Below, in pieces: positions 51,099-63,110 of a stretch of 64,000 bases of DNA. A model generated the notes under the pieces. The model searched no databases. It was not told where the DNA came from and saw only the letters and a program-made list of their open reading frames with translations. The DNA is from Vicugna vicugna. Its lineage: Eukaryota. A program made the translations under genes and the position numbers. Positions within the stretch are counted from its first letter, which is position 1; every line of letters begins with the position of its first letter. The stretch spans positions 3,331,037-3,395,036 of the forward strand of contig MU058463.1 of assembly GCA_013265495.1 (NCBI GenBank). The letters run 5' to 3'.

Positions 51099-52316
51099 AG
51101 TATGTGATGGGAACAGCGTCTCCAGAGATCTAGGATATTAACTGTTTGTAAATGTGCAATCCCTGTATGTTACGTGCTATGATAGTCCACAGATTGCAGT
51201 AGGGACAGTGTGGTGAGTCTCTATTGTCAAGGATGCTCATTTTACCAGAACACTCAATTCTCAGTCCTTGTGGGGGAACAAATGTGCACTTTGTAATTTT
51301 CTCCAAATAATTACCCTATGTTCTTTGTGTTGACAATCTCCCACTTACATGTCAGTCCTCAGCTGCACAAAAGATATAAATTAAGTTGAACCTCCCCATA
51401 TCCTACTCCAGGGAGAGTACCTGGTAGTAATCGAGTTTCCTCAGGTGGAGTTTAGAGGAAGGTACACCTGCCTGAATTTACTGATACTCCACATGATTGA
51501 GGAAATCAGAAAGAGATAAACCAAAAACAAGTCCTCAGAGTAATGGAAAATGAATCAGCTTTGCCTAGCCTCTCCTAATAAAAGATAAAATCCTTTCAAT
51601 AGACTAATTTTATTACTTGATAGCTGTATATGTACACCAAGTTCAATAGAATTGAGGCTGCCAGGCTGTGCTAAACCCAAATAACCATTGTTACAGAGAG
51701 CAAAGCCAGACTCAGTAATATTTTATTAATCATCAAATGCCAGATTATATGCACTTGAGAATATAATTTTTCTCCCACGCTATGGAAAATGGCAGCCCTT
51801 TATTAAGTCTATCTCTGAAAATTTAAATGTTTGCTCTTTCTCCCCACTGCCTAACAGTGAGAGCAAAAGCTTCCGGAGGGTTTTATTTGTTTACATGGCA
51901 TTTGCCTTGACGTTTCCCAAGTAATAATACATAGTAACAGAGACAGATGAGAGCTCTGTATCATCCTTTCCCTTAGGGCAAAGCAGGCACAAATAGACCT
52001 CTAATGAAAAAATCCACGAGCAGGACAATAAATAACAGGGCATAAAATGGGCAAAATAGTTTCCAAGTACAATCTTTAAAAAATACGGAACAAAACATGA
52101 TTCTACTCAAAGTGAGGTAAGCCCTCTTCCACTTGCACATTACGCAGTAGGTTTTAGCTTCATCACTAGATTCCTTCCCACTAACCAGGTTACTTCTAAA
52201 TCTGATACACTTTTTGTGTGTGTGGCTTCAAGAAATAGTGATGACTTCAACAGTCCTTTATTAATAAAATGGTATTTGTTCCTAAGTAGTAGCTGAACTA
52301 CAAAGAGGTTTTTTTT

Positions 52317-52401
52317 TAACATTTTTTTATTTATTTATAATCATTATACAATGCTGTGTCAAATTCCAGTGTAGAGCACAATTTTTCAATTATACATGAG
52401 C

Positions 52402-52442
<41 letters not shown>

Positions 52443-55400
52443 CTTTGTCACATTTTTTTCTCTGTGAGCTACCATAAGACCTTGTGTACATTTCCCTGTG
52501 ATATACAGTGTAATATTGTTTATCTATTCTACAATTTTGAAATGCTGTCTATCCCTTCCCACCCTCTGCCCCCTTGGCAACCACAAGTTTGTATTCTATG
52601 TCTATGAGTCTGTTTCTGTTTTGTATTTATGCTTTGTTTTTTTGTTTTTGTTTTTTAGATTCCACATATGAGCAATCTGATATGGTATTTTTCTTTCTCT
52701 TTCTGGCTTACTTCACTTAGAATGACATTCTCCAGGAGCATCCATGTTGCTGCAAATGGCATTATGTTGTCAGTTTTCATGGCTGAATAGTATTCCACTG
52801 TATAAATATACCACTTCTTTATCCAGTCATCCGTTGATGGACATTTAGGCTGTTTCCATGTCTTGGCTATTATAAATAGTGCTGCTATGAACATTGGGGT
52901 GCAGGTATCATCCTGAAGTAGGGTTCCTTCTGGATATAAGCTCAGGAGTGGGATTCCTGGGTCATATGGTAAGTCTATTCCTAGTCTTTTGAGGAATCTC
53001 CACACTGTTTTCCATAGTGGCTGCACCAAACTGCATTCCCACCAGCAGTGTAGGAGGGTTCCCCTTTCTCCACAGCCTCTCCAGCATTTGTCATTTGTGG
53101 ATTTTTGAATGACGGCCATTCTGACTGGTGTGAGGTGATACCTCATTGTAGTTTTGATTTGCATTTCTCTGATAATTAGTGATATTGAGCATTTTTTCAT
53201 GTGCTTTTTGATCATTTGTATGTCTTCCTTGGAGAATTGCTTGTTTAGGTCTTCTGCCCATTTTTGGATTGGGTTGTTTATTTTTTTCTTATTGAGTCGT
53301 ATGAGCTGCTTATATATTTTGGAGATCAAGCCTTTGTCGGTTTCACTTGCAAAAATTTTCTCCCATTCCGTAGGTTTTCTTCTTGTTTTATTTCTGGTTT
53401 CCTTTGCTCTGCAGAAGCTTGTAAGTTTCATTAGGTCCCATTTGTTTATTCTTGCTTTTATTTCTTCTAGGAGAAAATTTTTGAAATGTATGTCAGATAA
53501 TGTTTTGCCTATATTTTCTTCTAGGAGGTTTATTGTATCTTGTCTTATGTTTAAGTCTTTGATCCATTTTGAGTTTATTTTTGTGTATGGTGTAAGGGAG
53601 TGTTCCAGCTTCACTGCTTTACATGCTGCTGTCCAGTTTTCCCAACACCATTTGCTGAAGAGACTGTCTTTATTCCATTGTATATTCTTGCCTCCTTTGT
53701 CGAAGATGAGTTGACCAAAAGTTTGTGGGTTCATTTCTGGGCTCTCTATTCTGTTCCATTGGTCTACATGTCTGCTTTGGTACCAATACCATGCTGTCTT
53801 GATGACTGTAGCTCTATAGTATTGTCTGAAGTCTGGGAGAGTTATTCCTCCAGCCTCTTTCTTTCTCTTCAGTAATGCTTTGGCAATTCTAGGTCTTTGA
53901 TGGTTCCATATAAATTTTATTATGATTTGTTCTAGTTCTGTGAAATATGTCCTGGGTAATTGGATAGGGATTGCATTAAATCTGTAGATTGCCTTGGGCA
54001 GTGTGACCATTTTAACAATATTGATTCTTCCAATCCAAGAGCATGGGATATCTTTCCATTTTTTAAAGTCTTCTTTAATTTCCTTCATCAATGGTTTATA
54101 GTTTTCAGTGTATAATTCTTTCCCCTCCTTGGTTAGATTTATTCCTAGGTATTGTATTACTTTGGGTGCTATTTTAAAGGGGATTGTTTCTTTACTTTCC
54201 TTTTCTGTTGATTCATCATTAGTGAAAAGAAATGCAACTAATTTTTGAACATTCATCTTGTAACCTGCTACCTTGCTGAATTCTTCGATCAGCTCTAGTA
54301 GTTTTTGTGTGGACCTTTTAGGGTTTTATACATATAGTAACATGTTGTCAGCATATAGTGACACTTTTACCTCTTCTTTTCCTATTTGGATCCCTTTTAT
54401 TTCTCTCTCTTGTCTGGTTGCTGTGGCTAGGACTTCCAAGACTATGTTGAATAGGAGTGGTGACAGTGGGCATGCTTATCTTGTCCCAGATTTTAGTGGG
54501 AAGCTTTTGAGTTTTTCACTGTTGAGTACTATGCTGGCTGTAGGTTTGTCATATATAGCTTTTATTATGTTGAGATATGTCCCCTCTATACCCACTTTGA
54601 TAAGAGTTTTTATCATAAATGGGTGTTAATTTTATCAAACACTTTTTCTTCATCTATTGAGATAATCATGTGGTTTTTGTCCTTTCTCTTGTTGATGTGA
54701 TGTATTACATTGATTGATATGCGTATGTTGAACCACCCTTGTGTCCCTGGGATGAATCTCACTTGGTCATGGTGCATGATCTTTTTTATGTGTTGTTGGA
54801 TTCTATTTGCTAATATTTTGGTAAGGATTTTGGTGTCTATGTTCATCAGTGATATTGGCCTATAATTCTCTTTTTTTTGTAGTGTCTTTACCTGGTTTTG
54901 GTATCAGGGTGATGGTGGCTTCATAGAATCAGTTTGGGAGTATTCCCTCCTTTTCAGTCATCTGGAAGAGTTTGAGAAGAACTGGTATGAGTTCTTCTTT
55001 ATATGTTTGGTAGAATTCCCCGGTGAAGCAGTCCGGCCCTGGACTTTTATTTGTAGGGAGGTATTTTATTGCTATTTCGATTTCATTTCTAGTGATCGGT
55101 TTGTTCAAGTGTTCAGTTTCTTCTTGATTCAGTCTTGGTGGACAGTATGTTTACAGAAACTCGTCCATCTCCTCTAGGTTATCCAGTTTGGTTCCATATA
55201 GTTTTTCATAATATTCTTATATGATATTCTGTATTTCTATTTCATGTGTTGTAATTTCTCCATTATCCTTTCTTATTTTGCTAATTTGTGCTCTCTCTTT
55301 TTTCTTCTTTGTGAGTTTGGCCAGAGGTTTGTCGATTTTATTTACTTTTAAAAAAAACAGCTTTTGGTTTGGTTGATTTTTTCTATGGTCTTTTTAATCC

Positions 55401-55886
55401 GTATTTTATTTATTTCCTCCCTAATCTTTATAATTTTCTTCCTTCTGCTGCCTTTTGGGGTATTTTGTTCTTCTTTTTCTAGTTCATTCAGCTGGTGGCT
55501 TAAATTGTTTATTTGAGATTGTTCTTCTTTTTTGAGGAAGGCCTGTATTGCTATAAACTTCCCTCTTAGCACTGCCTTTGCTGTGTCCCATAAATTTTGT
55601 GCGGTTGTGCTTTCATTTTAATCTGTCTCAAGGTACTTTTTAATTTAAGCTTTGATTTCTTCATTGACTCATTGGTTTTTTAATAACATATTGTTTAATA
55701 TCCATGCTTTCCTTTTGTTCTCCTTTGCTTCTCTGTTGTTGATTTCTAGTTTCATGGCATTGTGGTCAGTAAAGATGCTTGAGATAATTTCTATGTTCTT
55801 AAAATTGCTGAGGTTTCTTTTGTGCCCAAGTACGCGATCAATCCTGGAAAATATTCCATGTGCAATTGAAAAGAATGTATTCTTTT
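52317..55886 (-). mobile_element. 5'-truncated lineage-specific LINE-1 (copy C, ~3.6 kb, starts within the EN domain)
   Basis: Same family as copy A; poly(T) at ~52309-52317. Imperfect ~16-bp TSD CAAAGAGGTTTTTTTT (52301-52316) and CAAAGAGTTTTATTTT (55887-55902), followed by AA. Confidence 0.95.
52655..55878 (-). pseudogene. L1 ORF2p (partial), disrupted; 533-codon open C-terminal part at 52655-54256
   Basis: [23 protein letters not shown] and the CCHC motif ([18 protein letters not shown]). Upstream stops at 54929-54931, 55217-55219 and others. Confidence 0.95.
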
Positions 55887-55964
55887 CAAAGAGTTTTATT
55901 TTAAACAAAACATAAATATGATGATTCGAGCCATGCTTATTTCCTACTAGGCAATTATGCATTT

Positions 55965-56220
55965 CTTCAACAAATAACTTGTGTGATTGCCAGCTCTATG
56001 CCCAACACCATGCTAGCTCCTAGGATTACATGAGGGAGCAAGATATGGTTTCTGCCCTGAGGCAGCTTTAGTCTAGAGGAGGCAACAGGCCACTAAGCAG
56101 GCTAGAGTCCAAAGAAGTAGTATCTAGTCAATCAAAATGTTCAAGGAAGGATACTCAGAGATGATACTTCGGCTGAGATAAGAAAGATGCAGAGAAGTTG
56201 GTCAAGGAAAGTTGTGGGGG
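55965..56220 (-). mobile_element. L2 3' fragment
   Basis: CAACAAATA...CTATGCCCAACACCATGCTAG...TCTGCCCTGAGGCAGCTTTAGTCTAG. Confidence 0.55.
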
Positions 56221-56224
56221 GCCA

Positions 56225-56770
56225 TATATTAGGATTTTACAAAGAAACAAAACCAATGTTATACATACATATGTCTTCATGTATATGGAGAGATTTATTA
56301 TAAGGAATTGGCTTATGTGATTGTGGAAGCTGACTAGTCCCAAGATCTGCACCTGCACAGCGGGAGACCCAAGAGACAACAGTGTAGTTTCAGTCCATGT
56401 CTGAAAACCTAAGAACCAGGAAAACCAGTGGTGTAAGTTGCAGATAGAAAGCTGGCAGGCTCTGTACCCAAGAACTGACATTTCAGTTTGAGTCTAAAAG
56501 CAGGAAAAGACTTATGTCCCATCTCAACCAATCAGGTGGGAAGAATGGCCTTTTACTTGAAAGAGGGCCAGCTTTTTGTTTGATGCACACCTTCAACTGA
56601 TTGGATGAGGCCCACCTGCATTAGGAAAGATAATCTGCTTTACTCAATCTACAAACTCAAATGTTAATGTCACCCAAAAACACCCTCCCAGGCACATCCA
56701 GAATAACATATGACTAAATATATTGGCACCCCGTGACCCAGTCAAGTTGACACACAAAATGAACCATTGT
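56225..56770 (-). mobile_element. ERVL MLT2-family solo LTR
   Basis: GAGATTTATTATAAGGAATTGGCTTATGTGATTGTGGAAGCTG...GATTGGATGAGGCCCACC...CCAGTCAAGTTGACACACAAAATGAACCAT. Confidence 0.85.
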
Positions 56771-57303
56771 AATGGTAGAATAAGAAAAAGTGGCTATAGG
56801 AGCTCTGATCTCCAAGGTGGAGGTTTTTAAACAAAAAAACAGCAAGTATAAAGGTCCTAAGGGCCAAAAAAGAGATTTTTTTAATTTATCTAAATTAATT
56901 CATTAGAAGTATTGAAAGACTACTTCAAAGTTTGGCTGCTATCAGTTTCTGGCACTCATAATGGACACTGTCATTTTCTACACAATAGCACTCATTCTAT
57001 TACACACACACTTGGGGGTCTCTACACTTTTGGGTTCAGAAGCTAACACCTAATAATCCATCCTTCAGAATGCTCAATTATATGCTGAGACGGAGGAAAG
57101 AAATCACACAACCTGAAAAAGCCCAAACATCCTACTTGTATGCTCATGTCCTTAAGCTTTTGTATCCTATACATGTAACTCATGTTTTACCAGCTTGTCC
57201 CCCATCTGCTCCTGAAGGGCCAGGCTTCTAGTTTTCCATAAAGTCCACCCAGTACAGCTATTTCTGAAGGTCCTCAGAGGAAGTCAGAATTGTTCACATA
57301 GAT

Positions 57304-57498
57304 CAGTGTTTCTCAATCACAGATGATTTTGCTCCCCAGGGGATATTAGGCTGTGTAACTAGTAAGATATTTTTAGTTCTTCCACCTGGAATGGGTGCTA
57401 CTAGCATGGATGGTAGAAGCCATGGATGCTGCTAAATATTCTTCAATGCATAGGATGCCCCCATCACAGAGAATTATCTAGTCCAAAAAATTCAATAG
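57304..57498. mobile_element. MER20-like hAT DNA transposon
   Basis: CAGTGTTTCTCAA...GATTTTGCTCCCCAGGGGA...GGATGCTGCTAAATATTCTTCAATGCATAGGA...AGAATTATCTAGTCCAAAA. Confidence 0.8.
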
Positions 57499-58794
57499 AC
57501 AGGTGCTGTCAGCCATCATCGGTACTTCTAGAGTGATCAGAAAAGTCTAAACATGGCACCTCTTCTTATCTGACATTCCATCTATGGGATTATTGAGAGC
57601 TACTCCACCAGAGGCCAGGGCTATAGGCTTCCCTCATTTGTTCTTGGGTAACTTTAATGGAAGAGTTTCAGAAGCATTCGTCACTGATAGCTTATGCTAC
57701 TGTGGTCTTCTCTCCTCTAACTTTCTCCAGAAGAGTCCACAGACTTTGCCTCCAGCAATGCTGCTTGTCCTGAGGTCCTGGAGCCCCCACCAGCAATGTC
57801 TCCAAGTGTCCTTTGTTAATATGTACCATAATAATTAGCTTTTTAAGGGCATGTAATCCCTAGCAGACTCTAAGTGTTTTATAGATATTATTTCATCTAT
57901 TCCTAAGGCAAAACAATGAGTTTTACTTGCTTTACAAATAAAGCTATGAATACTGATAAAAATTAAGTAGCTTTCCCAACTTACTCTGCTAATTTTTCAA
58001 AAAAATGGACTTTTAGGTTAAAACCAGTTCTATCTAACTTCTAAACTCTGTTCTCAATTAACGAACTAAACTGCACACAACTCAGACAGGTGATTAGCCT
58101 CCATGGTTGCCTGTGGCTTTGTCCTGTGTCCATAATGAGAACCTTCTCTCAGTCCTTATCTCCTTATCCTAAATGAATCCAGCTTAACAAAACATAAGCA
58201 AGTAATGTACATTTTTGGGAAAATAGAGTAAAATTTCATTGTAATATTTTTAAAATTTCATTTAAACCACATTTGTTCTTTCCTCAAGATCCCTTTCCAA
58301 TCCAAGTTTCTCTCCATCTTCTTAACTCTACAGCCATCTGTCAGCACACACACAATGCCTATAATTCCTTTTGTTGTACTGAGCAATTCAGCCTTCACTT
58401 TCAGTTTGGAAACCCTAACAAGTTAAAAAAAAAAAAAAGAGAGAAAGGAAAGGAAATCAGAAGTTAGCTGTTCCTTTCCACTTTAAAAGACATTCATCTA
58501 TTGTTTAAGACTGCCTCTCAGAAGTTTCTGTCTCAGAACTTTTATAAAGGCTTCATTCCAAAAAAAGAAAAAAAAATTCCCTGCATACGTTTGAGGCAAT
58601 AGGGAAATAGAGGAAGATTCTATTGCTAAGAAAATAAAAATTCTCTGTCAATGATACGTACATAATTTAACCAGACTCCAGATTAGCTTTTTAGATTTGC
58701 TCTCCTTGAGTGCAAGAGCCTTAAGTAATGTCAGTAGTCATATGAGCTACTACTCATCATGTGCCAGTCATCACAGTAATTCGTTCATTTAATA

Positions 58795-58965
58795 AAGGGG
58801 TCAGCAAAGGACAGTCCAGAGGCCAAATCTGGTCCATTCCCTATTTATGGATGGCCCATGAGCCATACATAAGAATGGCTTTTAAATTTTTAAACAGTTA
58901 CATTTTAAATGGTTATGCAATTATTTACATGCTATCCTCAATTCTCCCTCTTGGCCAATCCCTGA
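58795..58965. mobile_element. MER58-like hAT DNA transposon fragment
   Basis: AGGGGTCAGCAAA...GGCCAAATCTGG...ATGGCCCATGAGC...AAGAATGGCTTTTAAATTTTTAAA. Confidence 0.7.
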
Positions 58966-58984
58966 CTTAAACCAACCATTGTTG

Positions 58985-59130
58985 AAGTAGAAACTGTCAT
59001 CATCCATATTTTACAGATAAGGATACTGAGGCTTGGAGTGATTAAATGATTTCTCTAAGGTCACACAAGTGGGAAGTGGCAAATCCAGGATTCCAACCTT
59101 TATTTTCTCACTCCAAAGCCACCACTTCCA
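58985..59130 (-). mobile_element. MIR SINE
   Basis: CCATATTTTACAGATAAGGATACTGAGGCTTGGAG...AAGGTCACACAAGTGGGAAGTGGC...GGATTCCAACC. Confidence 0.75.
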
Positions 59131-59949
59131 GCCATCATCCTAACCATTGCTCCTATCCCCATGGCCTGGAGCCAAGAGTATACATATTTTAATAAAATGA
59201 AATATAATTTGCAGCAAGAGGTGGTTCTGGCTTCAACTCAGATTGGGTACCCTGCCAGCAACCTCGGCAGGACCACCAATGTGCTGTCTGGCTGTGCACA
59301 TACTGCGCAACTCATCAGTGTACCGCACGGGGTTGTGCACCCAGAGGAGAGGGGACGCACTTCTCAAAAAGGGGGAAGAATCCAACCGGTGCTCCTCATG
59401 CCCTGAAATTTATGAATTTCCCACTGAAACAGCCCACCACCCCCACAGGATGCGGACATGATTCCATGAGTGTCTGAGGCAGGAGATAAATGGATGAAGC
59501 CAAATTTCATGTGGTATTTGGGACTGTCCTTCTCTGCCAAGAGCAGAGGCTTTTTTTTTTTTAATTTTTTTAAACGGGGTAACTTGTCTGCCTGTGGGAG
59601 CCCTTTCTCAGGAAATTCTCCAGTCTGTCATGGAACCTCCCCTAACTAGGGTCCAGACACAACCACAGCACGGGGCTGGCCTAAAAGAGCTAAGCTTGGA
59701 CCAGCACAGTATGTACGTGTAACGACTAGGAAAACATCAGGGAAATGTGATAAATAAGCATACATATCAGAGAATATAGTAATAGACTCCATTCCTTTTT
59801 TTTTTTTTGCTTTTCTTCTATCCCTATAGAGTTGAATAGAAGAATTTGTTTCTTTTCACTTCAGAGAAAGTTTATTATGAAATAGGAATCATCCTTGAAT
59901 AGTCCTTTCTCCATAATCACAAGGTTGACCCAAAGAGGTGACATACAAT

Positions 59950-60135
59950 ACTGCTCCTGATCATGGCTCTAGACTGCCTGTGTTCATACCCCAGCTCTGT
60001 GACTCTGGAATAATTCAACCCTTCTCTTTCCCTACGTGTAAAGTGGGAAGAGTAACAGTGCCTGCCTTATTGGTCATTGTGATGATTATAAATGTGACAC
60101 ACTCAGATCGTATACGGCACTAACTATGACATTAA
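59950..60135 (+). mobile_element. MIR SINE
   Basis: AGACTGCCTGTGTTCATACCCAGCTCTG...TGTAAAGTGGGAAGAGTAACAGTGCCTGCC. Confidence 0.55.
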
Positions 60136-60513
60136 ATTCATCTCGCCCTCAAATACCTCCCAGCTTTGACATCGCAAGACAAAAGAAGGCTTTCCCACAA
60201 TTTTCACTTGGTGTTCAATTTCCATTATGTGTAATTATGTTTTTCTGAGACAGAAAAGTATACCAGGTTCTGTAAAATACGTAATAATGCTCAGTAGGAG
60301 CTCTAAAAGGACATTACTAAAGCAAAAGTGCTTAAAAAGAAGTAAATGTTTAGAAAGCATATTCTGAAAGGAATCAGCAATTATAATGATATAAAGATGT
60401 ACAATGTACTGTAATTTTCCATTTTTAGAAATTTCAAAGCAAGTTATATCTTGATATAAGATTGGTAAAAATCTCTCCCCCCTCTTCGTATTTTCCCAAA
60501 GAATTATGGATTC

Positions 60514-60581
60514 CAACTTCTTTTCTATTAGTGTAATTTAAAATATCAAGCTATAAAACATATAGTAAGATTGAGTTTCTT
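60514..60581 (+). repeat. 68-bp direct repeat, copy 1 (copy 2 at 60753-60820)
   Basis: 64/68 identical by manual alignment; all 4 differences are transitions. Confidence 0.95.
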
Positions 60582-60752
60582 CAATTTCTTTTCTTTTTTA
60601 TTTTTTTTTTTGAGAGTTATGTTTTATTTGGTGGGAGGACTCGAACCAGGATGACAGCCTCTCAGATGGCTCTGAGGGACTGCTTCAAAGAGGAAGGGGA
60701 GAAGCTAGGACATATAGAAGCTTTACAACAAAGACTGGGTAGTTGGAAACTT
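60582..60752 (-). mobile_element. Polyadenylated retrocopy of an LTR-like transcript 3' end
   Basis: Minus strand reads ...CTTCTATATGTCC...CAGTCCCTCAGAGCCATCTGAGAGGCTGTC...AAATAAAACATAACTCTC followed by an A-rich tail (60585-60611). Confidence 0.8.
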
Positions 60753-62093
60753 CAACTTCTTCTCTATTAGTGTAATTTAAAATATCAAGCTATGAAACAT
60801 ATAATAAGATTGAGCTTCTTTGTAGTCTCTGGACTTTTGCTTTAAAGATTGGGAATAAAACAAAAGCGTTATAAGCATAGAAATTCACCTGCTATTACCT
60901 AGCTGAGAAAAGCCTGAATGTGCTAGAATGATTGGGTGGCCCTAGGGGACCAGACTAGAGAGGGAGCAAGGAATGAAAGAAAAGAAGGAAAGAGACCCTG
61001 TTCTCCTGTTGAGTTCCCCCACTGTCTGCATGTTCCCTCTGTGGCCCTTCTCAGTGGAACAGTCTCCAGGTCTTCTTTTCTTTCATGTGTAGCTCCATCT
61101 CTTAGCCCACTAAAAGTCCCTCTGTCTTACATTTAGGATCTCAAAATCTTATACCCTGAAAAAGATAAAAATTTTAAAGGGTATTTATTACAGTTCACTC
61201 CCGGAAATAGAATGCCTTACCACTCCTCCAGTTAATCTCCAGTGGTAGAACTCTGGCACGGGGCAGGCAATGGGAAAGCTATTTTAGGGCAGGGGCACCC
61301 CTCCAAACACTGTGATGGCATCCCGAGTCATCTGTCCTTGGAGAACACTGAGCTGGCTACAACGCCTGGGTTACTGAGAAGATGAAGCAAGAGGAGATAA
61401 AAGAAAACAGAAGCGTTGAAAAGAAGTTTATCTTTTGCTTCTCACACATAAAATGTTTCCTTCTTCTCTAACGGGAAGGATGAGAAGAGGGTATGCTTCA
61501 TAGAGGCAGTAACGGGATGAGCGAGAGTGGAAGGGGGGGTCTGATTACTGTCTAACATCTCCTCAGGTTCATTTTATTGTGAAGAACTCTGCCTATATTG
61601 CATTAAAAATTGTTGTATCTGGATAACTGTCCTACAGTTTTAAACTTATATTAAAGTTTCAGCTTTAATTTGTTTTTCTAGTTTATTTAACAGAGTCATA
61701 TTAAAAAATATATATATATATAACCCATCTAATGCCCTTTCAAGGATTCTGCTTAAGGAGGAATACAAACCTTGATATATTTTTAAACTATAATATACAT
61801 TAAAATACAGATTTTTTGGAAAAGAATATAAAGTTGAAAATATGTCTATGACTAATAATGTTTTGGGGAAAAATCTTATTTTGAAGCCCTTAAATTTTAA
61901 ATACTCTTTTCTTACGAATTTGTTATGCACTCAACTTTCCCTCTTAACAAGAGATGTGTGAAATAAAGACAGAAATATTCTGTAAAAATACTGTGACATT
62001 ATGAACCAAAGCATTCAATAGCCATAGTTACACAGATAGCTCACAACTTTGACTTTTTTGAGAAAAATAAAGCTTTCAAAAAATTTTTGTCCA

Positions 62094-62200
62094 GGACCTG
62101 GAGATCATCATCCTAAGTGAAATAAGCCAGAAAGAGAAAGGAAAATGCCATATGATACCACTTATGTGTGGAATCTAAAAAAAAAGGACACGAATGAACT
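62094..62200 (+). mobile_element. Short internal L1 fragment (ORF2 end)
   Basis: GACCTGGAGATCATCATCCTAAGTGAAATAAGCCAGAAAGAGAAAGGAAAATGCCATATG...GGAATCTAA. Confidence 0.85.
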
Positions 62201-62984
62201 ACTTATTATTCATAACTTAGATGATTGATTTCTTGATTATGTATAAGCACATTTGACTGTCTTTTATGTTTGGATTACTGAATTCTGTTGATTCTTATTT
62301 TGTGGTTGGCTTTATTCCTTTGATAACTATATAAGTTTAAAAAGCTAAAGCTCTAAACTGTTCTTAGAAACAATGAACAGCACATATATGTAAATTTAAA
62401 AAATATATATGTGGTATAGTGCATATATGTATTTATATGCAATATATTGTATATGTGCAGTCAAATTTTATCCATTTTACCTAATAAAGCTGAAAAATGT
62501 AAAAAAAAAATTATCCAGTGTCACATTAATTGCACTTCCCTAAGATACAAAAATAGTGTGCTGTGTGAAATACTTCACAATGCTCAATATGAACTCCGCA
62601 GAGATATTGCTTTAAACCAGTGTGGCAATCTGAATGCAGCTGCAGGACGAGCAACAGCTGGCACGGCCAAAGGAGCCAAGCCGCCCAAAGCCAATACCTG
62701 GAAAAGTAGGAAGACAAGCAGCAGCAGAGGGAGGGCTCTCAGAACAAGAGACCCACCTTGGTGGCGAGATGCGGGGATGGGCCTCCAGGACCTTTTTAGG
62801 TGGGAGTGAGTTTAGCAATAGCAAGGAGCTGATCCTACAGGTAGAGAGAGGTACTAGGACTCTGAATATTAATAACAAGATTGAAATCCAATTTCCATAA
62901 GTGGAAATTATGTTTCCCAGAATAAGGCCAAAACCTAGTTTCCAATACTGGATCAAAGAATAATATTTTATGACAGCAAGGATG

Positions 62985-63110
62985 GCTTTGTATCACAGTA
63001 ACCAAGAAATGGAAACAACCTAAATGTCCATCAACAAATGAATGAATAAAGAAGATGTGGTATATATATATACATACACACACACACACAATGGAATACT
63101 ACTCAACTAT
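62985..63110 (+). mobile_element. Short L1 fragment with (TA)/(CA) expansion
   Basis: TGGAAACAACCTAAATGTCCATCAACAAATGAATGAATAAAGAAGATGTGG...ATGGAATACTACTCA. Confidence 0.8.

Noticed and set aside
52655..54256. 533-aa ORF as a functional or domesticated gene
   Set aside because: It is the ordinary C-terminal half of ORF2 in a 5'-truncated L1 with upstream stops; there is no evidence of exaptation, and part may be consensus-filled.
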